IMG/VR virus record: IMGVR_UViG_3300025715_000012 | Location: 64,001 to 128,000 of that record | From: a virus | Lineage: Duplodnaviria > Caudoviricetes | Direction: 5' to 3' (one strand) | DNA: 64,000 bases | Shown here: piece after piece, positions 41,964 to 50,898 of the stretch | How the letters are laid out: the number at the start of each line of letters is the position of its first letter | Numbering within the stretch: position 1 is the stretch's first letter | The notes under the pieces: generated by a model | The model's input: only the letters and a program-made list of their open reading frames with translations | The model's database searches: none | Told to the model about the DNA's origin: nothing | Made by a program: the position numbers and the translations under genes

Positions 41964-42071
41964 TCATTTTTGCCATCCAGACCTCTCGCTTACATTCCAC
42001 CGAAAAAACGGCTCGGTTATCCCGATATTATGTAGAATGCACGGGATTTGAACCCGCGACTAAAATGATTA
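41961..42071 (-). ncRNA. Circularly permuted tRNA-like RNA (YrlA-like)
   Basis: 10-bp terminal stem, T arm first, loop-closed acceptor stem, D-like loop last. Confidence 0.6.
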
Positions 42072-42113
42072 TTATTATTTACAAAAGTATATATTTTTTC
42101 ATTTATAAAAAAA

Positions 42114-42404
42114 TTAATTTTCACTAATTTCCTCCCAACCCCAGTTTTCCTCGCCCCAAGGATCATCTTTTAAATTTAGTATTCTTTTACTGTTCGATGG
42201 ATAAATTAAATGAAAATATACATCATAACAACAATTATCTTTACCGTGTAAATATTTGTTAAAACTTGTGGGGAATTTAATTCTAGCCCACCCAGCCGAA
42301 GAATGGATTAATATAATTTCTCCAATTTCACCTTTAAAATCAATGTTGTCCATTTTTCCATAAACAGAAACTTTATCTCCAATATGTAATTCTTCTATTT
42401 TCAT
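42114..42404 (-). CDS. SH3-like domain with C-terminal DPWGEENWGWE tag
   Basis: Core shared with the 45873 N-terminus and 55548 domain 2. Confidence 0.75.
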   Translation of the reverse strand: MKIEELHIGDKVSVYGKMDNIDFKGEIGEIILIHSSAGWARIKFPTSFNKYLHGKDNCCYDVYFHLIYPSNSKRILNLKDDPWGEENWGWEEISEN

Positions 42405-42485
42405 ATAACATATATATTAAAAATTTCACCAATTTTCCTCTCCCCACGGGTCATCTTCTAAATTTAATTTTCTTTTATATGGATT

Positions 42486-43889
42486 TTAAAAATAACTACT
42501 TCCATCCCAACAATGTGTGCATAACTTACATTTTGGTAATCCTATCGCGTCAACCAGATCTCCAAGTTCTTGATATTTTAAAGACGAGCATCCCATATTT
42601 TCACTTATTTTATTTACCATATTATTATATCTATCGCTTTTGGGATTAGAATATTCATCCAAATGTGAATCTTCTTTTCCTTCTATTTCTTTAATAACTC
42701 TTCGACCTATTAAATCCAATGATGTTCTCGAGATTGAGAAGTTTAAAAACTCACAAGGAAAAATCAATGGCGGGCAAGCCGGTCTAATATGAACTTCTTT
42801 TGCCCCATATTTGAACAAAGTTTGGGCATTGTTTTTTAGCTGAGTTCCTCTTACAATAGAATCATCCAATAATGCGATTTTAGCATTTTCTGTTATTTCT
42901 TTTATTGGTATAAGTTTCATTGTTGCCACTAGATCTCTATCTGCTTGATTTTGAGGCATAAAACTACGGGGCCAAGTAGGAGTATATTTAACTTCTGATC
43001 TTTTATAAGGTATCTTTTTTTCATTTGAATATCCTATGGCGTGAGCTACTCCTGAGTCAGGCACACCTGTAACAAAATCTACTTCTACATAATCTTTTTT
43101 TGCTAGCGCTCTTCCACAACGGTATCTAGATGATTCAACATTCAACCCCTCATAATAAGAACCAGGAAATCCATAATAAACCCAAAGAAAACTACAAATT
43201 TGCATTTTTTCTTCTTCTGGTTTAATTTGTTCATATTTATCTGGCGTTATAAATAATATTTCACCTGGTCCAATGTATTTTTCAACTTCATATCCCAAAT
43301 TAACAAAAGATGTTGTTTCCGAGCCAACTGCAAAAGCTCCATCTTTTTTACCCAAAACTATCGGTGTCCTGCCCAATTTATCTCTCACTGCGTACATTCC
43401 ATCTTTTGTTAGTACGATCATCGAGCACATACCCCTCACTTGCTCGAAAACATTTCTAAATCCTTCCTCAAAGGTGTCGCATTCATTAATAAGAGCAGCG
43501 ACGACCTCTGTTGGATTAACACCTATTCCACTCATTTCCAGAAAATGGACGCCTTTCTTTAAAAATCTATCTGTTATCTCTTTTAAATTGGTTATGCGAT
43601 TTGTTGTCGTGATGGTATATTCACCCAAATGAGATTTTAAAATAAGCGGTTGAGATTCATTATCACTTATGCAACCTATTCCACTATTACCTTTAAAATT
43701 TTTTAGTTCGTCTTCAAATTTTGTTCTAAAATATGAATTTTCTATACTATGTATAACTCTTGTAAAACTTCTGCCATCAAAAACTGACATTCCCCCTCTA
43801 CGTGTTCCAAGATGAGTGTTATAATCTGTGCCATAATATAAATCCCTGACACAATCTTCTTTAGAAATTACTCCGAATATTCCTCCCAT
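42486..43889 (-). CDS. purF: Amidophosphoribosyltransferase (no N-terminal catalytic Cys)
   Basis: GVPDSG, LLDDSIVRGTQ PRPP motif, CPP..FPC, C..CW Fe-S ligands. Confidence 0.92.
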   Translation of the reverse strand: MGGIFGVISKEDCVRDLYYGTDYNTHLGTRRGGMSVFDGRSFTRVIHSIENSYFRTKFEDELKNFKGNSGIGCISDNESQPLILKSHLGEYTITTTNRITNLKEITDRFLKKGVHFLEMSGIGVNPTEVVAALINECDTFEEGFRNVFEQVRGMCSMIVLTKDGMYAVRDKLGRTPIVLGKKDGAFAVGSETTSFVNLGYEVEKYIGPGEILFITPDKYEQIKPEEEKMQICSFLWVYYGFPGSYYEGLNVESSRYRCGRALAKKDYVEVDFVTGVPDSGVAHAIGYSNEKKIPYKRSEVKYTPTWPRSFMPQNQADRDLVATMKLIPIKEITENAKIALLDDSIVRGTQLKNNAQTLFKYGAKEVHIRPACPPLIFPCEFLNFSISRTSLDLIGRRVIKEIEGKEDSHLDEYSNPKSDRYNNMVNKISENMGCSSLKYQELGDLVDAIGLPKCKLCTHCWDGSSYF

Positions 43890-43935
43890 AAATTTTCTTT
43901 TTATTTAATATAAAGAAATTAAAATTAAAAGTTTT

Positions 43936-43964
43936 TGTAACCTTTTTAAAATTTAGCGTCAAAT
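43936..43964 (+). promoter_or_regulatory. Putative ECF sigma promoter
   Basis: TGTAACC-N14-CGTCAAAT. Confidence 0.7.
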
Positions 43965-43985
43965 AAATAAAAAGAAAAATAAGTT

Positions 43986-44297
43986 ATGAAAAAGTTTTTA
44001 TTAATTTTAGGTATTATCGGTATTTCAATGATGAGTTTAGCCGAAGGCGAACAGCCAATTAAGAAATATAAAGAAACAAATTATTCCGAAAGTAAAAGTA
44101 TAAATGAGATTGAAAGTCATTTGAAGTTTAATGTCAATTATTTTATTGAAAAAGATAGTTTGAGAATGGTAGAAGAAACTCCATCATCGTTGAAGTATTT
44201 GAAAGTGAATGACGAACCAAATGTTAATGATATTCCGTTTAACACAAAAAAGATTTTTAACATTTATAATAAAAATGAAAAAAGAACTAGAAAATAA
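43986..44297 (+). CDS. Exported protein with NDIPF motif
   Basis: MKKFLLILGIIGISMMSLA signal peptide. Confidence 0.7.
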   Translation: MKKFLLILGIIGISMMSLAEGEQPIKKYKETNYSESKSINEIESHLKFNVNYFIEKDSLRMVEETPSSLKYLKVNDEPNVNDIPFNTKKIFNIYNKNEKRTRK

Positions 44298-44664
44298 TAA
44301 CTTCTCTGTTTTTAGAGAAATATTACATAGGACTGAAATAGAAGATTCTCCTTCATTCTCTTTTACATTTAATGTCATGAGAAAGATAGAAAATGTCAAT
44401 GTGAAATTGGGATGGACAGGATGGTTAACTCGAGGAATTTCTTTGGCGATGATTATGTTGATTTTAGCAATAATTGTTGTGTCAAAATATTATGGAATAA
44501 GTTATCAGTTGCTAGATTTTTCAAAATTTATTCCGACAAGTATCAATCTTTCTACAATTCAATTAATTATAAAAACAATATCCATCGCTGGAACTTTATT
44601 TATGGGAACAATTCTAGTAGATAAAATAAAAAATAATAAGATAAAAAATGAAAACATTATTTAG
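44275..44664 (+). CDS. Membrane protein, anti-sigma-like
   Basis: EDSPSFSFTFNVMRKI followed by 2 TM helices. Confidence 0.6.
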   Translation: MKKELENNNFSVFREILHRTEIEDSPSFSFTFNVMRKIENVNVKLGWTGWLTRGISLAMIMLILAIIVVSKYYGISYQLLDFSKFIPTSINLSTIQLIIKTISIAGTLFMGTILVDKIKNNKIKNENII

Positions 44665-44839
44665 ATCAAGAAAGTATAAAATTTTAGGTGGAGTTTGCGG
44701 AGGCATAGCCGAATATTTTAATGTGGATCCAATTCTGATCAGATTACTTTATTTAATAACAGCCTTTTTAACTCCTTGGGCCATTGCTGTTTATCTAATT
44801 GCTTGGATCGCCATACCTCGAGAAGTTATATCCATCTAA
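44648..44839 (+). CDS. pspC: PspC domain protein
   Basis: LFRSR..KILGGVCGGIAEYFNVDPILIRL...YLIAWIAIP. Confidence 0.9.
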   Translation: MKTLFRSRKYKILGGVCGGIAEYFNVDPILIRLLYLITAFLTPWAIAVYLIAWIAIPREVISI

Positions 44840-45770
44840 CAGAATGGAGATCTAAAAGTTTCTTCCCGCCACCATAACTTATGGAGCTTTGTAAGCATTC
44901 TGTTAGATAATCCATATATTCCAACATGGTTATATTTTTCAACTTGTTTAATTTAACCGTTCCCTCTATACGATTTATCTTATTTCCTTGACGTGAGGAA
45001 GCACTACCATAAAACTCTCTATATTTAACATCGTCTATTTCAACTATTCTACCAGGAGAATCCAAGAATGATGATAACATTCCTCCAACCATAACCATAG
45101 AAGCTCCGAGCACTATCGACTTGGTTATATCTGCTGGATATCTTATGCCGCCATCAGCTATGATAAGTTTTTTTGTTACTTGTGAGCATTCATTAATAAC
45201 AGCGGCTTGCATATTTTTGCTACCAAACCCAGTTGTTGGGGCTGTCGTGCAGGCGCTGCCAGGCGATACACCCACCTTTATAGCATCAGCCCCCCAGTTG
45301 TCTAGGTCAGCTGTTGCGTCAACGCTAGCCACATTACCTGCTATGATAAAAGTATCTTTTAGATTTTCTTTTAAAAATTTCAACATCTTTTTCATCTTTT
45401 TACAGTGTCCATGAGCGATATCTATTGTTATATAGTCTGGTGCAAGATCTTCATCAATCAAATTACTTACTATGTCATATGAATCCTGATTTACCCCTAT
45501 GGATATTGATGTAATAAGATTTTCTTTTTTCATATTGATAATGAATTGTTTAGGATCTACTCCAAATCTGTGCATTATATAAAAATATCCATTGAGGGCC
45601 AGTTTTTTTGCAAGCTCTTCATTTATAACAGCTTCCATATTTGCTGGTATAATAGGATTTTTAAAAACAAATTTTCCAACTCTTATACTTGTATCGCATT
45701 CTTGTCGAGAATCAACCGTGCTATATTTTGGTATCAAATTAATATCATCAAAATCGAATTTTCTATTCAT
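44826..45770 (-). CDS. guaC: GMP reductase
   Basis: PANM, TIDIAHGH, KVGVSPGSACTT, IADGGIR, LQSSISYGGG. Confidence 0.92.
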   Translation of the reverse strand: MNRKFDFDDINLIPKYSTVDSRQECDTSIRVGKFVFKNPIIPANMEAVINEELAKKLALNGYFYIMHRFGVDPKQFIINMKKENLITSISIGVNQDSYDIVSNLIDEDLAPDYITIDIAHGHCKKMKKMLKFLKENLKDTFIIAGNVASVDATADLDNWGADAIKVGVSPGSACTTAPTTGFGSKNMQAAVINECSQVTKKLIIADGGIRYPADITKSIVLGASMVMVGGMLSSFLDSPGRIVEIDDVKYREFYGSASSRQGNKINRIEGTVKLNKLKNITMLEYMDYLTECLQSSISYGGGKKLLDLHSVRWI

Positions 45771-45872
45771 ATATTATTTCTTTTTTTTTGTAATAGTTAG
45801 TTTGTTTTTTTATGAAAGTTTTTTGAAAAAAAAATATTTATATATAATAGTTGAAAAAAAAAATTATTAGAT

Positions 45873-47123
45873 ATGGTTAAATCTTTTCTTTCTTATATAA
45901 AAGAGGCCAACGACTATGTTATTTATCGCGTTGGGGATAATGTTCAATGCTATGGTGAAATGGATAGTATTAATTTTAATGGCGAAATTGGTACAATAAT
46001 TGAAGATGCGGGGCAAAATTGTTTGATCAGGTTTCCGACCAGATTTAATTCCAATTTACATAATGGTAACGGAAAAGATCCATCTAATAGTTCTTATTAT
46101 GTTCGAAAAAATTTATTGAGATTGATCAATGATGATAAAATTAGAATATTTTTATCTAACGAATTAGTTGGATTGTTGAAAAAAATGAAAGATTGTAAAT
46201 TGGCCGAATTATATTTGAGCTTATTAAATGGAGTAGATAAAGAATATGTAAAAGATGATTATGTAGATTTTCTAGACATAGAAAATGATAAGACCATATC
46301 ATTTCTAAAAAAGAAGTGGTGGGCTGAAGAAGCAGCCAAAATGTTCAGCAAAAGACGAGATAAACAAAGAATAAATAGAGTCATAAAACTCATATTGAAA
46401 GATGATTATGTTGACTCGATCATAAAACAAACTGATGTCGAACTATTTATGAACACACTAAACGCCATATTCAAACCATGTGAGGTTTTGGAGCTTCGTG
46501 GCGAAGACATGTTAAGGGCATTTAATTTTACAAATGAGTTGGATTTGAGAAAGTTTTCAGCATCTTGCGCCAATTATACTGGTGGTAAAAAAAATACTGA
46601 AAATTTTAAAATCTACACCGATAATCCAAAAAATATGGCAGCTATCGTGACATATGAATTTGGTAAAATAACAGGTAGAAGAACCATACAACAAGGACCT
46701 GTGACGAGATCTCCAAACGAGGAGGACATAGGCAAAATATATACATTCATTGGTAATTTCTATGGAGAAAATGGTGGTGGTTCGAAATATGATTTGGCAA
46801 TATTGAAATATATAAAAGAAAAATATCCATTTTCTGGTATGTCCACAGAAAAAAGAGGAATAACGATATTAATTGAAAACACTAGATTTCCACATTATCC
46901 GCCATTTGATGACATGAGGGTAAATTTCAAAACAAATGAAATGGGTTGTGTTGGGGGCGAAGAATGGCGAGATGCTTATGGGGCACGTTGTCCAGAAAAA
47001 TATCTAACAAACAAAGATGTATCAAAGGATTATGGTGAGACTGTCTATGTCTATGATGATGATGATGATGACGATGGTTATTATGATGGAGATGATGATT
47101 ATGTCGATGATGATGATTATTAA
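45873..47123 (+). CDS. CTS leader, SH3-like domain, divergent SCM-family domain and acidic tail
   Basis: MVKSFLSYIKE; LRGED...ASCANY...PPFDD. Confidence 0.7.
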   Translation: MVKSFLSYIKEANDYVIYRVGDNVQCYGEMDSINFNGEIGTIIEDAGQNCLIRFPTRFNSNLHNGNGKDPSNSSYYVRKNLLRLINDDKIRIFLSNELVGLLKKMKDCKLAELYLSLLNGVDKEYVKDDYVDFLDIENDKTISFLKKKWWAEEAAKMFSKRRDKQRINRVIKLILKDDYVDSIIKQTDVELFMNTLNAIFKPCEVLELRGEDMLRAFNFTNELDLRKFSASCANYTGGKKNTENFKIYTDNPKNMAAIVTYEFGKITGRRTIQQGPVTRSPNEEDIGKIYTFIGNFYGENGGGSKYDLAILKYIKEKYPFSGMSTEKRGITILIENTRFPHYPPFDDMRVNFKTNEMGCVGGEEWRDAYGARCPEKYLTNKDVSKDYGETVYVYDDDDDDDGYYDGDDDYVDDDDY

Positions 47124-47511
47124 AAAGGTATAAAAATTATGAAATATTTAAAGATATACGAACAATTTGATTTCGAAGATCTTTCAGACGAAGAGATCTT
47201 TGGTAGAGAGCCAAAAAATTTCGAAATAGGCGATGTTGTTCATTTTACAAGAACGAGTTCAGTGAGATGGAATACGGAAAAATTACAAAAGAATAAACCG
47301 TTGTGGTTAGATAGTACATTTTTTTCTAAAGAAAAATGGTTTGTTGTAACAGCAATAGGTCGTGTTGAAGATATGGATTTTATCAAGATTGTAGCATATA
47401 ATAAAAAAACAATTGGGAATCATCCGTATCAATTTTTCTGGTATGATGCTGACGCTTTTGAAAAGGTATAAAAATTATGAAATATTTAAAGATATACGAA
47501 CAATTTGATTT
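47123..47511 (+). repeat. 51-bp exact direct repeat (47123-47173 and 47461-47511) flanking one cassette
   Basis: AAAAGGTATAAAAATTATGAAATATTTAAAGATATACGAACAATTTGATTT occurs twice. Confidence 0.92.
47139..47471 (+). CDS. DEELFG-leader cassette protein, SH3-like
   Basis: MKYLKIYEQFDFEDLSDEEIFG. Confidence 0.8.
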   Translation: MKYLKIYEQFDFEDLSDEEIFGREPKNFEIGDVVHFTRTSSVRWNTEKLQKNKPLWLDSTFFSKEKWFVVTAIGRVEDMDFIKIVAYNKKTIGNHPYQFFWYDADAFEKV

Positions 47512-47602
47512 TGAGGATTATTATGAAGTTTTGAAAAGAGAGACTAAAAAAGAAATTATTTTTTTAACGTCTCATAAAAATCTCCGATCTTTATCTCTTT
47601 GA
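47477..47602 (+). pseudogene. Leader stub
   Basis: MKYLKIYEQFDFED, then runs into the antisense of the helicase gene. Confidence 0.6.
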
Positions 47603-48281
47603 TTTCCATAGTGTTCTTATTCTTTATAACTATTTGAGTATCAAACGATTCGCATTTACCCACATTTGTTTCCCCCATTAAAACATTAAAAGTCCCTTTA
47701 TCCCATCCACCACCAAGCAATAAATCAACATTTCCCCAACCAGATGATATTTTATTTACGGAGACTTCTTGTTTGTGAGACTCGGGATCATCAAAATCGG
47801 CTCCTAGATCTTCATCATCATCTTCTATGATAGACAAATTATTGTATATGGATTTAACTTGCGCCAGTACATCAGAAGCATTATTATAGTCTATTCCCTT
47901 TAAATTTCTTATTTTTTCAATGCTGTCATAAGCTGTGTTTTTCAATAATTTTTGAAGTTTCCAAGCTTTAAATTTGTCTTCTAACCACTCGGGATCATGT
48001 GAGCTATTGTCGTTTTTTAAAACAGCTTTTATTATATTATTTGATATTTTTTCCTCTGGATCACGAAGTTTTATCATAGCCAATATTTGCTGCGGAGCAG
48101 GAACTCTTTTTGATTTGCTTACCAAATATTCATCCCGCACGGTTTTATATATGAATTGTATGTCTTCATTATCAAAAAAGGTCGGTTCTATTTTATAGAA
48201 TTGTGTTGGATGATCCAATATCCAAGTAAAGAAAAATTTTTCCATTTGAGAGTTCATTACCTCCATATTCTCATTTGCCAT
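47556..48281 (-). CDS. Replicative helicase (gp41/DnaB-like) N-terminal part fused to a split intein N-fragment
   Basis: ISSGWGNVDLLLGGGW...MGETNVGK then CESFDTQIVI...IKIGDFYE-stop. Confidence 0.82.
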   Translation of the reverse strand: MANENMEVMNSQMEKFFFTWILDHPTQFYKIEPTFFDNEDIQFIYKTVRDEYLVSKSKRVPAPQQILAMIKLRDPEEKISNNIIKAVLKNDNSSHDPEWLEDKFKAWKLQKLLKNTAYDSIEKIRNLKGIDYNNASDVLAQVKSIYNNLSIIEDDDEDLGADFDDPESHKQEVSVNKISSGWGNVDLLLGGGWDKGTFNVLMGETNVGKCESFDTQIVIKNKNTMEIKEIKIGDFYETLKK

Positions 48282-48337
48282 ATTTTAGAAATTATTTTTT
48301 AATATATAGATTCATTGATATTAAAAGTTTTTTAATT

Positions 48338-48970
48338 ATGAGACATTTAAAAGTATACGATGAATATTTAAAAGAGGAAAAAAGTTGGTTCAATTTTTTA
48401 AAAAAACCAACGAAATATAAACCAATTCCAATTGACGAAAATGATCCTTGGGGTGAAGATACTCATAGAGAATATACTTTTGGTGATTGGTTTAAAAACA
48501 ATCGATCAAAAATAAAAAATTCTAGATTTCCTTTTTTAATAAAAACAATTGACTGCTCTCAAAGTATGATAACCAGTCTCAAAGGAATCGAGAAATTAAT
48601 AAATCTTAGTTCTTTGACCTGCGCAGGAAATCTATTAAGTGATTTAAAGGGAATAGAAAATTTAAAACATCTGGAAATTCTATGGGTCTATGACAACAAA
48701 CTGAAAAGTATAAAAGAAGTGAAAAATTTAAAAAATTTAAAAGAATTTTCTTGTTCTGGCAATCTATTAACAAGTTTAGAGGGAATAGAGAATTTGATAA
48801 ATCTTGAAAGATTATATTGCTATCTAAATCCAATAACTTGCGTCATTGGTATAGAAAAATTGAAGAATCTTCAGCAACTATATGCGTTTGGTGGCACTAT
48901 GTTTTCAGAAACATATAAAGAATATTTGAAAAAATATTGTAGGAAAAAAAATATAGGATATATAATATGA
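48338..48970 (+). CDS. Leucine-rich repeat protein with CTS leader and DPWGED tag
   Basis: LxxLxCxxNxLxxLxGIExL repeats. Confidence 0.85.
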   Translation: MRHLKVYDEYLKEEKSWFNFLKKPTKYKPIPIDENDPWGEDTHREYTFGDWFKNNRSKIKNSRFPFLIKTIDCSQSMITSLKGIEKLINLSSLTCAGNLLSDLKGIENLKHLEILWVYDNKLKSIKEVKNLKNLKEFSCSGNLLTSLEGIENLINLERLYCYLNPITCVIGIEKLKNLQQLYAFGGTMFSETYKEYLKKYCRKKNIGYII

Positions 48971-50898
48971 AAGTTAAAAAGATAAAAGATTTTAAGAGAA
49001 AAAACGTTTTAATATTTTCTGGATCGGCACGTTATAGAAATAATTGCCCTGGACAAGATAGCAAGACATTACAAATGATAAAGAGTTTGGATTTTCCAGA
49101 TTTCGATTTTGAAATTATAGATTTGTCAATAAAAGATGAAGATCCTATCATTCAACCTTGTAAAGGATGCATTTCAACGGCCGGTGGAGCGCACTGTCAT
49201 TGGACTTGTATAGGTGGTGATCAAAGAGTACAGACTGAATACGGATATAAAGAAATATCGCAGATTATAGAAAATGACATCTTATCTACCGGTTTGGTTG
49301 AAAAATCTTGGAATACTTCACCGAAAGAAAATATATATGAAATTGTTTTAACAGATGGAAGAAGATTAAAATGTACTAAAAATCACTATATAAAAACTTT
49401 AAGTAATAAAAGAATTAGAACGATTAATAGTTTATGGAAATTTTATAGAGAAGAAGAATATAAAAAACTAGAAGATATCAAAATAGGTGATTTTATGCCT
49501 GAACCAATTTTAGGAGGGAAATTTAAAGTTGGCGGAGAATATGATGAAAAATATTTTTTGATGGCGGGATTGATTTGGGGAGATGGAACATTTTGTAATG
49601 ATAGTTTAATATTATTTTATGATAATATAACAGAACCAGAACACGGTAAAAAAATACAAGAATTTTTTTCAGATTATATAATTAGTATAAAGGAGCATAA
49701 AACTAATATACAAGACGATTATATTAGAGAAGGATTTAGAACAAAATGTGAAATGATGAAAATAAATTTTGGTGCTAAAAATGGTAGGATTATAAAAAAT
49801 ATGGGATTTATAAAAAATTCCTCACATACTAGGAGATTGCCAGAAATACTGTTCAATTCTAATGAAATGGAATTGGGTTATTTTTTTAATGGCTGGTTTT
49901 CGACTGATGGATCAGTAAATAATAAAGGAATATCACTTTATAATGTGAGTTATGAATGTTTAAGAGATGCCCAATTATTATTGTTTAAGATGGGCATTAA
50001 ATCTAGTGTTTATGATATGAGAAAACACAAAACAATTGTGCGAGGAAAGGAATTAGAAAGGGCATCAATGTTATCAATAACAGGACATGATAATTTAATT
50101 TTATATAAAAATAAAATTGATTTTATTAATCCTTATAAAAAAAACCAATTAGATAAAATATTATCGGTTAAAACAAAAAGAATGAAAAACAAACCGCCTA
50201 AAGTAAAGGAAATAAATTATATTGGCGAAGGCCCGGTTTATGATTTAACTATATCTGGGACACACGAATTTATAACCGAAGGGATATTGGTTCATAATTG
50301 CGATTGTTATAAAAAAGATGATAAGGAGCATCCAGATTTTATGTATGAAAAAAATATCTATGAAAAATTGGAAAAATGCGATGCTTTTATGGTTATAACT
50401 CCAATAAACTGGTGGAGCGTTCCAACACAAGTAAAAGCGTTGTTTGATAGACTGACATGTGCATCTTTAACCATGACAACCGAGCAGGCTAAGAAAATTT
50501 TTGGCGAAAAAAATGTTAAAGATCCAGATGTGACAAAGCCTTTTTCAGAAACAGAAGAGTTCAAAAAAATAGCTAAGAATCATTTGGAAGGAAAGGTCGC
50601 TGGATTTTTTATTCATGGTGATGATGGGGCAGATGATTATGTGGATAAAAAAATACCAGATTCATATAAAAAATATAAACAAGGAATTTGGGAAGATCCA
50701 AAAAGTGCCATAATGCCGATAGTTTGGCAATGTAGATATATGGGTATAGATGTTCCAGATGATTTAATAGAATCTTTCTATATGAATGAAGAAATAAGTT
50801 ATAGCGAAGCCAATGATAAATACGAAAAAGGAAAACTTGATTTCGCAGTTGATAAAATGAATAATTTTGTAAAAAAAGTATATAATTACATAAAATGA
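48967..50898 (+). CDS. Flavodoxin-fold iron-sulfur flavoprotein or FMN reductase, intein-containing
   Basis: FSGSAR, PCKGCISTAGGAHCHWT/CDCY, TPINWWSVPTQVKALFDRL. Confidence 0.85.
   Translation: MKVKKIKDFKRKNVLIFSGSARYRNNCPGQDSKTLQMIKSLDFPDFDFEIIDLSIKDEDPIIQPCKGCISTAGGAHCHWTCIGGDQRVQTEYGYKEISQIIENDILSTGLVEKSWNTSPKENIYEIVLTDGRRLKCTKNHYIKTLSNKRIRTINSLWKFYREEEYKKLEDIKIGDFMPEPILGGKFKVGGEYDEKYFLMAGLIWGDGTFCNDSLILFYDNITEPEHGKKIQEFFSDYIISIKEHKTNIQDDYIREGFRTKCEMMKINFGAKNGRIIKNMGFIKNSSHTRRLPEILFNSNEMELGYFFNGWFSTDGSVNNKGISLYNVSYECLRDAQLLLFKMGIKSSVYDMRKHKTIVRGKELERASMLSITGHDNLILYKNKIDFINPYKKNQLDKILSVKTKRMKNKPPKVKEINYIGEGPVYDLTISGTHEFITEGILVHNCDCYKKDDKEHPDFMYEKNIYEKLEKCDAFMVITPINWWSVPTQVKALFDRLTCASLTMTTEQAKKIFGEKNVKDPDVTKPFSETEEFKKIAKNHLEGKVAGFFIHGDDGADDYVDKKIPDSYKKYKQGIWEDPKSAIMPIVWQCRYMGIDVPDDLIESFYMNEEISYSEANDKYEKGKLDFAVDKMNNFVKKVYNYIK
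49207..50298 (+). mobile_element. Intein with LAGLIDADG homing endonuclease (364 aa)
   Basis: C1 CIGGD, block B CTKNH, MAGLIWGDG, FFNGWFSTDG, VYDLTI..HEF..GILVHN followed by Cys. Confidence 0.93.

Noticed and set aside
41961-42071. Two-piece tmRNA or functional permuted tRNA
   Set aside because: There is no alanine-type acceptor, no tag reading frame and no convincing anticodon loop or D stem.
41312-44297. NDIPF motifs as SSB C-terminal tail mimics
   Set aside because: The motifs are internal and the proteins have signal peptides, so they are unlikely to meet cytoplasmic SSB partners.
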